DNA of 61,064 nucleotides, counting the filler, from Ionaspis alba (taxonomy: Eukaryota): assembly GCA_964255285.1 (NCBI GenBank). It is 6 parts of 6 records of this genome, joined end to end, with 100 filler letters (N's around TTAATTAATTAA, not from the genome) between each part and the next. Parts side by side here need not be neighbours in the genome. Positions count along the whole stretch, not along the records: positions 50,987 to 61,064 come from CAXUUL010000628.1; 5 more parts are not named here. One strand, written 5' to 3'. The translations under genes were made by a program, and so were the position numbers. This document shows positions 50,887-61,064 of the stretch, one piece after another (within the stretch, counting starts at the first letter, position 1; each line of letters opens with the position of its first letter). The notes under the pieces are model-generated. The model searched no databases, was not told the DNA's origin, and saw only the letters and a program-made list of their open reading frames with translations.

Positions 50887-50986
50887 NNNNNNNNNNNNNN
50901 NNNNNNNNNNNNNNNNNNNNNNNNNNNNNNTTAATTAATTAANNNNNNNNNNNNNNNNNNNNNNNNNNNNNNNNNNNNNNNNNNNN
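50887..50986. other. Assembly linker gap (N44-TTAATTAATTAA-N44)
   Basis: Literal N run with spacer. Confidence 0.97.
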
Positions 50987-51216
50987 TTTCCCTGGCAACT
51001 GTAAATGTTGTTGCGGCTCAGCAATGTGCTATGATTGCAACCATAGTTTGAGCCTATGTATATTCACCTTGATTAGAGATGCTTATATATCTGACACCTA
51101 TTCTCTTACAAATCCAACTACGTTGGTGCGCTGCTGTGACACGAGTGCCAAGATCAGGCGTGACAACCCTTGGTATACATTCTGTATTAACCTCAATAAA
51201 TCTTAGTCCAGACACT

Positions 51217-51364
51217 TAACCGTAGTACCCGGACGCACGTTAGACGCGGACAGGGATCTCCTAGTCCCCGTAAAGCAAGATCCCTAATCTGAAGTTAGGT
51301 GGCAGCGCATAGTGGTTAAGCGAAAATATCCCGTGTTCTAGCGTCCGTCCGGGCACTACGGGTA
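51217..51364. mobile_element. MITE-like element (~145 bp) with ~26-bp imperfect terminal inverted repeats and flanking TA dinucleotides
   Basis: Left TTAACCGTAGTACCCGGACGCACGTTAGA versus reverse complement of right end TTACCCGTAGTGCCCGGACGGACGCTAGA (25/29 identical, flanks included); TA on both sides; no ORF inside. Confidence 0.6.
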
Positions 51365-52121
51365 ACCCCTTACACTATTCGACGATCCTATATACTGACC
51401 CACATCATCCAACGAGATTCGGAGCCCATATTGAGGCTAGTGCTCACACAACAATATGTCACGGTGCCAGGCCCATCAATTGTATCATATCATTCCCAGT
51501 ACGGCATTGTCCGATGAAGGCGGTCTGGAAAGAACCCCCTAAAGGGGCACTCACCGTGTACGCTGTACTCGGACTACCAAGTGTGCCCAGTCCGGGTCAG
51601 GTCGGTCCAAGCCCGGATCGGAAATAACACTGAAAAGCCCAGCTCCACTACTATGGTAGTTACTACGGAGGTCCATTTCAAAGTATCCATAATAGCCTAA
51701 CTTGACAATCGGCCTATGACGGGCGCTCACTCAGTCGGCGCCGCCATATACGCTAACCGAGAGAGGGAGCAAACCGAAAACGAACACTACCCACTCTTAC
51801 CAACGGAGTGAACGCTACGCAAACCCTATGTAGCTACACCAAGAGTGGACACTACACAATAAGGTTGCTGTTTTGAAATCATACCATATTACTTGAAAAC
51901 AGGAGTGCTTAATACGGAAGTCCGACATGACATCAATTCTCTAACATGTTTATAGGTGAATTGATGTGGGAGATCAAATGCCCGCTCCTTCAAACTAATA
52001 TATTGGATCTTAACCTCACCGTTTCTTTTCTAGAATCTTTGTAATTTTTGTATCGCGATTGTCGCGTGTGCTCTAGTTGCTCCCTAAGACCCCGCGACTC
52101 TGACCACGATACAGCGTTACG

Positions 52122-53884
52122 ATGGACGACATCTATACAAATAAGACCACCATTATTGATAGGCCTATGTCTTTCTTGAAAAGCGTCGCACATGCTGAGG
52201 TTGACTGGGACAATAGTCGCCAAATCATATTTCTTCTTGGTATTGGTCTTCTTCTTGTTGCCTTCTACATCGTCGGCGTTATCCGACATACCATCTTCAG
52301 CGTTAAGGCGCCTGTGATTGGATACAAACACTTCTGGGAACCAGGATGGGTGGTTGGGATGCGATTTGCAAAGGCCAGTGGGCCAATGGTTCGGGAGGGA
52401 TACGCAAAAGTATGCAAATGTTTCTTTAATGCAGTACGATTGGCTGACACACGACCAGTTCAAGAACTCCATGTTCAAGATCCGACGTAACGACACTGAT
52501 ATACTCGTGATCTCTCATAAACATGTCAATGAGCTGCGTGACATGCCCGAAAATGAGCTCAGTCCTATGGAGGCTCATTTGAGGAATATAGTCGCGCCTT
52601 ATACCGTCGGCAATATCAAGCTCCTTCGAAATAGCGATCTCCATAGACGGACGATACAGCAGAAATTGACCCCTTCCCTTGGAACTCTCATACCTCCGAT
52701 CAAGGATGAGCTCGACTATGCTCTGCAGGTGGTAATTCCAGACTGCGACGATTGGACGCCAGTGCATATTAACGAAATCATTGTTAATATTGTAGCCCGC
52801 GTCTCAGCCCGCATCTTTGTTGGACCAGATCTCTGCCGCAACCAGGAGTGGCTATCCACAAGCATCCAATTCACTAAGAACGTCGGCAGGACTCGCAACA
52901 TGGTGCGTATTCTTCCCACCCTCCTGCGTCCCGTTCTTGCGCCTACCATGAAGTCATACTGGGGAATATATTCCAACTTGAAAACGGCAAAACGGATTAT
53001 CGTGCCGATTATTAAGGAGCGTCGGGCAAATGCTCTAAAGGATCCTAATTACAAGAAACCCAACGACTTCCTCCAGTGGATGATCGACGACGCCAGACCA
53101 GACGAGGGACATCACGATGATTTAGCTCATCGACAACTCATGATCGGTCTCGCAGCTATCCAAACAACCTCTATGCAAGGCAGCCACTTCATTTACGATC
53201 TTTGTGCATACCCACAATACGCTCCGGCCCTCCGGGACGAAATAGTTTCCGTCTTACGTGAAGACGGTGGATGGAAGAAGACGACACTCAATAAATTACG
53301 GAAGATGGACAGTTTTATCAAGGAATCTCAGCGATTGAACCCTCCTCTTTTCTGTAAGTCCGACACAGCTCAAGCCATGGCTGGGAAATGCTAATGCAAG
53401 AACAGTGTCCTTTCAACGCGTTGCCAAGAAGGCCCTCACCCTCAGTGATGGTACCTATATCCCAGCTGGTACACATTTCGCCATGGCCTCAGATGCAATC
53501 TTACACGATAAGGCTAACCTGCCCGGCGGTGGTGATCCTGAGGATTTCGACCCGTTCCGCTACTCGAAATTGCGGGAGGATCCTCTGAAGCCTGAAAATA
53601 CCAACCGATACCAGTTCGCCATGAGCGACAATACACACCTCCATTTTGGACACGGCAAATTTGCTTGCCCAGGTCGATTCTTCGCCAGCAACGAAGTCAA
53701 GATCATCCTTTGCCACCTCCTAATTGGCTATGATTTCAAGTTTCCTGCCGGAAAAAGTCGTCCTAAGAACTTGTCCTATGAGGAAGCCCAGTACCCGGAC
53801 CCTACAGCATTCGTATGGATGAAGAAGAGGGCTCTCACCATGGCTGAGGCTGAGATAGCGGCTTTCCTAAATTTAAAAGCGTAG
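52122..53884 (+). CDS. Cytochrome P450, CYP503-like (ent-kaurene oxidase P450-4 type); 2 introns
   Basis: N-terminal TM anchor; PVIGYKHFWEPGWVVGMRF...GYAK|FKNSMFKI; IQQKLTPSL; ARVSARIFVGPDLCRNQEWL; I-helix LAAIQTT; ExxR KESQR; FDPFRY; heme motif FGHGKFACPG. These segments resemble my recollection of Fusarium fujikuroi P450-4. Confidence 0.9.
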
Positions 53885-54673
53885 GCGGAATATACAATGT
53901 ATTGATCTCATGGAATTCTTGTGTATACTTTCTGGTGGTGTTTGCACCCAAGGCCGGATGGAACTCAACTAATCACGATACAATGCCTAGCGTTCACTTT
54001 GTCGGTAATGTTTCCTCTTTTGAGTAGCGTCGGTGACAGCCGTGACTCAGTCAAATGCTAGGCCTTCTGTAGGCGAAGCCTCACCCGCTCCGCCCCTGTA
54101 ACCCGGTTAGATCAACCGAAACAACTAACGCGGACTAGCTCCATGCTACATCACGCTCATAACTTAGTATAGAGTATCCTATCTATCTTTAGTATTCCTC
54201 TATGCTTCACATTGGCCTATGACAGCTTGCTGATAAGCTTTACGATAACGGAGCTGTTGATACGTAAACATAGGTCAAGGCTATTTTGAACTGTTAAGAA
54301 TTAGTGCTTAATCCATTGGGACGATAAGCTGGACCCGGGAAGTCACTAGCTGTCTCTGTGATCAGCGCAGGATGTCTTACTCAGAGCATGCAAACTTCCG
54401 ATTAGGCACCGAGTTCTTAGGGTTGTGAACTGAGGGAGAGTCTAGAAACTAGATCAACCGGCTTCTTGTGCGTGCCTAGGATAGACGGCGATGAGAAGCA
54501 CTTGGTGCGTTTGAGTACGCGTCAAGAAAAAAAGTGCGTGTTAATGTATTGAGTACAGAAAATAAGCTACCTTCGAGATCTTCAACTACTTCAGTATCGA
54601 ATAAGATCAATACAAGAACAATAACACCAAGTTCCTTTTTCCTTTGATACCTTGGTTCACAATCGTATGACTC

Positions 54674-55684
54674 TCATACCCTAACTTGTAACTCTCGGTA
54701 GTACCATGCTGCTACCCCAATGGTCGGAACCAGAACTAATGTTGCGGCCAACGCCACCGCTTTCCGTATTGCTTTACGAACGAATCCAGCTTGCATTTTG
54801 TCGAACTGAACTGGAGTGTTGGCTTGTGGATACGGCACATTCGGGATTGGCACTCCTATAGCCGAGCATAACTGTTCCCACCCAAATCCGTCTTCCAGGT
54901 TGAATGTGTGCAGCTTCTCTTTTGGAATGAGCTTCTTCACATGGTTGTTCCTGTTTATTGGGCGTCAATGAGAGCCTGCGTGGTCTGGGACGGCATGAAT
55001 GACTCACAGTTCTATGTAATCTTTTTTGAGCACATCCTCCCCTTCTTCTAGTGGCAAACCGTGCCACCACGCCTTGTGAACCGTCAAATGGAATGAGCAG
55101 AACTTGTCGACATAATCGTCAATCAGCCGCAACTGTTTCAGCGGCCAAGAATCCACATCTTTGAGAGAGTGACCTAGTGTGTTCATGATAGACTTGTACC
55201 ACTTATCGGGGTCTCGCTCCACGTGTATGAAGGTGGCGTTCGGATAGGCAGCGTAGAACTCTTCGGGAAAGATGGCTGGGAGCTCGACGATTGCCTGCAA
55301 AACACGTATTAGCGATGGCGTTGCAATGACTGGAAGGAATCGGCGTTTTCGGCCGTTCTCACATCGTAATCCCAGAACCACTTGTCGAGCTCGGCCTTGC
55401 CATACGGCTTGCCCTGACCTAAACACTTTGCAGCCAATGCCTCTTCAGCGATCTCCAAGTGCGATACGCCATTTGCCATAATCTCAGCGCCATGGTAGGC
55501 CTTATATCCTAGTATCTTCATCGCCTTATACAGAGAGAGTGTGCCGGTTCTTCATCGAGAATTGGTTATGGAACGGTAGCGTGTTGATCGGACAGAATCG
55601 GACATACCTGCTACGAGCTATTATAATCACCTTCTTCTCCCGTATGTATGGCGGTGTTGGCAGTCGATCTATCGCTCGTGACAT
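54674..55684 (-). CDS. P-loop sulfotransferase-like protein (Sulfotransfer_4-type; often annotated 'NAD-dependent epimerase') with C-terminal TM anchor; 3 introns
   Basis: MSRAIDRLP...KKVIIIARSR|TGTLSLYKAMKILGYKAYH...WDYD|AIVELPAIFPEEFYAAYPNATFIHVERDPDKWYKS...LIPKEKLHTFNLEDGFGWEQLC...PYPQAN...VALAATLVLVPTIGVAAWYY. Confidence 0.85.
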
Positions 55685-56573
55685 TTTGATTGTAGCTGAT
55701 CGTGCTGAAAACAAATGGATGTACAAATTGCAACGATTTTCAGAAGCTATCGTGTAGGAAAGATGGATGGATTGACCAACGATCAAGCAGATTCAGAACC
55801 CATACTATGTACAGCTTACCTGAAACTTGTATGTGCCTGTTCTCCGGATCTCAATGGCCATATACGCAGCCCGGTAGGGTCTTTCACCTGAAGGATTCTA
55901 TGTGCCCTACCCAAGCTCATCGGATGCCCAAATTGGGGCGGCCGAATCCGGTCTCTGATACTGACGGGTGCTTTTCCACAGCCTCGAACCGCGAATCCCC
56001 GACAATAGAACGGAATTATTTGCCTTTCATCATCCTTTTGGGTCTAGAGGAGCTAGCTTGACCACAGTATTTTGTCCGTTCATAACAGCGCTTTCTGGCA
56101 ATAATCGTCTCTTATAGAGATTGTGTTTGCTTCTCAACGCATTAGAATAGGAGCAGCGAAAACATGATATAATCGACCAAAATGGCTTAAACATGTCCCA
56201 TAATCTAAGGAGCATATCTCTCAACCTATTTCAGGCACCTTACCGGTGTATGATATCTGTATACGAATTATAGGTCAATGCCCGTGGCGAAATCTAGTAG
56301 CTTCTATTACGCAGTTCAATTGCCTATGATCTGGAGCTGGCGCATTGCGTCGCGGCCATGCTATCTATTACCCTTCTTGAATACCCTTGAATACCCTCTC
56401 TGCATACCCTTCTTCACACCCGATTCCACGCCTATCTCTTCGCCGACGATGGATGTACAGCAAAATAGAAAAGCTAGTTGCTCCTATCGCTACGACACAA
56501 CGCAGTAATAGCCTGGAGTCTAATACCAAGTTAAGCCCTCCACGGACGGAAACCAGCAGAACCAGCTGGATCT

Positions 56574-58653
56574 TCAAGCCCCTGAAATTTTGTGCGTATT
56601 GAGCACTTGCCATTTACTGAGGAGGGCGATAGGCAATGACAGCCCCGCCGCAGCGATGGTTACAGCAAAAGTCGATTTGAGACCTGTCATATAAGCCGTC
56701 AAGACCCCGGATATTTGTTCTGGGCCGAATGCAGCCCGGAGTGTGGTGGCACCAGCGACAATGACAGCATGTGGCTCAACGCCTGGGGCACTTATCGGAA
56801 GCGTGGTGAGAATCTGATTAACGAACCCCGCCTGCGCCGCTCCCAAAAGGAACGCAGCACCGACAGTTTGGAAGACTGATGTTGACTGTTATTTCCATTG
56901 TCCAAACACAAAGGGGGCGCATTGGATGCTACTTACAGACAATAATGGCTGTCACCGGTGCAATATCAGCAGCATCTGCTGTGCCTTGGCCAATGATAAT
57001 AGGGATCTGGAAACCTGCTCCCCACCCAAGACCCGCAAGGACCTGATATCCGATCCAATGACCTGACCCAGTACCAATATCTAGAGTATACAATAGACCA
57101 GCACCAATTGTGGCTAAAACAGAACCAAGGATCAGAAGCGGCGTGGCAACACCGGTAAAAGTGACACTTCCGCTAGAAACAATGACAGCAAGAGACACAG
57201 CGATAATCAACGGTAGGTTTCGGATGCCGGAATCAGTAGGGCTGACGTTGTCAATACTATAACAGAATTTGTTAGCCCGTTGACTCTGACCTTGGACACG
57301 AGTAAATATTCACCTTTGGAAGTAGATGGGTAAATAGTAAATCTTTGCGGCACAGAGTTAGCAATACCTTTCTCTGTATCGGTGTATGAACCTTGAGGCC
57401 ACATCGTGGGAGTTTGGCTTGGGACCGACTCATATGGAATGACGAAATGAGAAAACAGGTTTTAAGAGGAATGAATAACGAAAGTCACTTACGATGATGA
57501 AGTATGACCCTGCAAAGAATGCCGTGTATAGCGAGGGGACCCAAACGTTGCGGTCCATCAGCAAACGTCCTGGAATAGAGGCTCGTTCACCCTGAAAGTA
57601 TTCCCAAACAGCGAACGCTATCGAAATAGCAACAGAGCCGACAAGGAGACCAATCACAACGCTCGAGTTCCAAGGGTGGGCGAGACCGGCATACTGGAGT
57701 GCAAGGATGAACGAAATGACAGCACCCATGATCAGAACACAGCCAAAGGGGTCTAACTGTAGTATCTTTTCTTTCAATGTCGCTTTGGCAGGCTTGACAG
57801 TCTTTGGCATGTGTAGGAATGGAACGATGATGGCGACTGCGACTCCACCAATTGGCAGATTGATATAAAAGCCTAAGAACGCGACAATGTTAGTGTTTCT
57901 TTCACAGAGACTACCGCAAGGAACAGAAAAATCACTTACACCATCTCCATGTCACATGATCCGCGAAGGCGCCGCCAACGAGAGGCCCAATAACAGAAGC
58001 AATGCCATATGATATGCCCATGAGTCCGAGAAGAGTGGAACGCAGTTTTGGCTTGGCGGCAATGCCGACAGTGGTGAATGTCCCGCTGCCAATGCCTGCA
58101 GCGCCGACTCCAGCAAGGGCACGACCGATAATGAGGGCCACAGAATTTGGAGCAACAGCGCAGACGAGACTGCCTAATTCAAAAAAGGAGACAGCAACAA
58201 TCAAGGTGATCTTTAGGTCAAAGTACTTGTATGCCTTGCCCCATCCCGCCTGGAAACCGCCTGTTGTCATCATGAAAGCCGAACCATACCAGGACACATC
58301 TTGAAGTGAATTGAACTCGTCCGTGATCTTCGGAATAGCCGTCCCTATGATACTCTGATGCTCGTCGTCAGATCACCAGGCCAGACATACGACCCCTATA
58401 AGAGCAACAATAAGAAACATACCAAGTCGAGAGCCACCAAGAAGTAACTCATCAACAGAGCGAACATGACCAGGCCCAGCGTCCAGCCATGGATGTATTC
58501 AGCTTCAACTGCGTTGTCACTCGTCAACGCAGTGCTGTGGTGAGGACCTGTTCCGATGTGCTCAGGGTCGAAAGGATGATCGAGAGATGACTTCTTGTGG
58601 CCTGAGTTGGCCGACTGCATTTCAATTGACTCTCTACGCCCACTCGGTTCCAT
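56574..58653 (-). CDS. MFS drug:H+ antiporter, DHA2 family (AflT/ToxA/GliA-like); ~5 introns including a 29-nt exon (57314-57342)
   Basis: [91 protein letters not shown]. Confidence 0.92.
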
Positions 58654-60081
58654 GGTGTTTGAAATTTCCGCCTTTTTGGATCGAGCAAAAAATCTGTAAT
58701 TGTTACAACCAATGCCACGGATGTTGTTTTTAGATTCGAGTGACCTTTCGCGTCCACCAGGTCGTGAGTAACTTTGTGTTTACATACTCTTCAGCCTAGA
58801 GGATAGAAGCTTCCAGTCTGTTCGGTCAAATTGGTTGCCTCATGTAAGCCGGCGTTGCCAGTTTCAGCGACCTGCAGGGAGACATCGCATTACCGTTTTG
58901 GGACTGTGTAATAAGAGGCAAGCTTATCGTACCCAATAACGACCTCCCGTGGCCTGCATACCTTACTGCCCCTTATCATACAAGGATTCGGGCCGTGGGC
59001 CGGGTATGTACAATCCATCTTGACTAGTCTGGCTGCTAAGCCACGTCAAACCGTTAGATTCTCTTAGGTACAACAGGGCTAAAGTTTCGGATACGCCGAC
59101 TCTTCCTCCCTTGCTGGAGCTCGTAGCGTTTACGCGCCAAAGCTGCAGCGTGCCAAGATATTCCAGCGGAGCCGCCTTGCCGCAATAAACATCCTGAGTT
59201 ACAGTGGGATAATATATCTTGCACATTAGAGCGGAAAGTGTAGAGGATCTTCGTGACGTCCAATATCGTCAAGAATAACTGGGATTGCCTCATTTGTTTC
59301 GCCCCACGTGTATGGACCGAGCAGCATAATACAGCGCATTATCTTGATAAAAGACTCCTGACTCGCATAGCATCGTGTTGCCGAGCTCGCTGACTCGATG
59401 CGAACTAAACTAAACGAACGTCGTGTTTACTTCTGAGGCCTTCACGCTTGAAGCTACTCGAGGTTTGCTCGCCTGTCATCGTTTTTCCAAGAACAAGGTG
59501 CCTTTCGTCTTGACTGTGAAGTTCTGTGGGGAAGTTGAAGATGTCGATCGCGGCTCGCGTTCGTCGATGCAAATATTCAGGGTCTTTTTTCCACATACTA
59601 GGTTGATGTCGTTTTTGATGCGCCTATGCCAGCAAGATGACTTCGTCCAACGTACCCAATTGCAGGTAAACCACTCCAAGATCGATCATTTACTATGCTG
59701 GGGGTGGGGGTTAGAAGATTACCGGGTCTAAGAAGGTTCCCGCTACTCTGCAGTCGACCCCAAAGTGACCCCTCTCCATCCAAATCGTTGAGTGGTGATA
59801 GAGAAATTTGATAGCACGATCCGCAGCAAGGTTCACATCGCGAATCAATTCCTCGCGTGGTTCATAGTCTCGTTGTATAAATTGGCGACTTCTAGTATTT
59901 TGGTGGTGTTTGCAGTCTCACGCACCTTGATATAGATCTTGCCAAGGTTTGAAACAAGGTTCAGCGTCACTATGTCCCCTTCGCCTCGCGACAATCTAGC
60001 TTACTGTATATGGTACTGGCCTCATGTAATGCATCTGAGGATGCAGCAACCCAGCTACCCAACAATCACTCTTCCTCTGAG

Positions 60082-61064
60082 TTACATTCCGTCTCTCATC
60101 ACCTGACCACCATTCGAGGCCAGCGATAAATGAATATCTTCTGAAGCATATCGGCGTATACTAATGAGATCCAACAGTGTGTGAATCCCTTTGCTAACCC
60201 CAACACCCTCGCCGAGATTGTCGGCCACGTCCCTGGCTTGGATAGTCAACCTCTCGACGTACTGCCTCGTGTACTCCAAACTCCCTGTGCTCTTGATGTA
60301 TTGTACAGCTGTTTTCTTGACCTCAATATCCTTGGACCTCTGTGCAAGGATATGGAGTAGTTGCGAGTTCTTGGGATCGGCCCGTATGCTGTGAATGACA
60401 GGGAACGAGAACTTGCCTTCCGTCAGGTCTTCACAAACTCCCTTCTTTGCCGTATAGTCGACGTCGGACAGGTTTTTGTAGTCATCGACGATTTGAAAGA
60501 TTAATCCTATCAACTCCACCAATGGTACGCAATCAATTGATGTGGGTGACTCAATCTGCATGAGCCTGATTGCTAAACGAAATAGCCCACCGGTCTTGTT
60601 GGATACCATTTCGAGGTACTCCTCCACCGTCGGGCATGTTAACGTATCACGCCACCATAAGTCCATACCTTGCCCTCGGTGGAGGTTTAGCAGCTCTGTG
60701 GTGTATACCTCGATGGCTTTTGCTGGGTTGCTAAGTTTGTAAAGTTCTTGTAGAGCCTGGAAATACACATAATTGCCTGCGTTGATCGTTTGTGCAATGC
60801 CGTAGATTCTGTGAGCCACAGGCTTCCCTCTTCGCAATTGGGAATTGTCTTGAATGTCATCAATGAGCAGCGACGCTGTGTGTAGCATGCGGACGACGTT
60901 GGCAATTATGTTGAAGCTCTTCTCAGGGACTTGAAGCCGAGCGTTGACCGTGCTGAGAAGCAAGGTCCGCAACTCTTTCCCCGGCTCGGAGGCAATATAG
61001 TCATACGGTCCCAGAATTGTCTTTTCCTTATCCTCTTTCCACATCCAATGGCCAATACGACCCA
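60082..61064 (-). CDS. Geranylgeranyl diphosphate synthase; no intron in the visible part; frame is open to the window edge, so the 5' end may be missing (in-frame ATG at 61044)
   Basis: [21 protein letters not shown]; first Asp-rich motif [34 protein letters not shown]; second motif [21 protein letters not shown]. Confidence 0.93.
   Translation of the reverse strand, partial: GRIGHWMWKEDKEKTILGPYDYIASEPGKELRTLLLSTVNARLQVPEKSFNIIANVVRMLHTASLLIDDIQDNSQLRRGKPVAHRIYGIAQTINAGNYVYFQALQELYKLSNPAKAIEVYTTELLNLHRGQGMDLWWRDTLTCPTVEEYLEMVSNKTGGLFRLAIRLMQIESPTSIDCVPLVELIGLIFQIVDDYKNLSDVDYTAKKGVCEDLTEGKFSFPVIHSIRADPKNSQLLHILAQRSKDIEVKKTAVQYIKSTGSLEYTRQYVERLTIQARDVADNLGEGVGVSKGIHTLLDLISIRRYASEDIHLSLASNGGQVMRDGM

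Noticed and set aside
51520..59200. Shared CGG-Nx-CCG Zn2Cys6 site across cluster promoters
   Set aside because: Spacings differ between candidates (N4 at ~51914, N5 at ~59088); no consistent motif could be supported by eye.
60082..61064. GGPPS as the C-terminal domain of a chimeric terpene cyclase-prenyltransferase
   Set aside because: The WxxxKEKxxLGPYDY start and lack of introns fit a stand-alone GGPPS; cannot be fully excluded because the 5' end runs off the window.

Overview
Filamentous ascomycete (Pezizomycotina) nuclear DNA with spliceosomal introns. The window is very probably not one contiguous locus. It looks like six unplaced scaffolds of about 10.1 kb (10117, 10117, 10093, 10080, 10079, 10078 bp, sorted by decreasing length) joined by artificial N44-TTAATTAATTAA-N44 linkers, so gene neighbourhood is only meaningful within a segment. 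Seg1: NRP1-like RNA-binding protein, CDC16/cut9, PRP9/SF3A3, eIF4A-III/FAL1. Seg2: SEC17, an aldo-keto reductase, two tandem secreted BBE-like FAD oxidases, and a truncated PTH11-like membrane protein. Seg3: APC10 (partial), LHS1, DML1/Misato, and a Thr-rich TTxCP-repeat secreted protein (partial). Seg4: alpha/beta hydrolase (partial), PRO1/ADV-1 Zn2Cys6 factor, SAM+PH protein. Seg5: membrane-anchored pepsin-fold pseudo-protease (partial), GPI-type Ser/Thr protein, enoyl-reductase-like MDR, SEC11. Seg6 is the best candidate for something new: a fragment of a putative diterpenoid cluster (GGPP synthase, CYP503-like P450, membrane-anchored sulfotransferase-like P-loop protein, DHA2 MFS exporter) with a MITE-like element upstream of the P450. 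All family assignments come from motif recognition by eye; no database searches were run.
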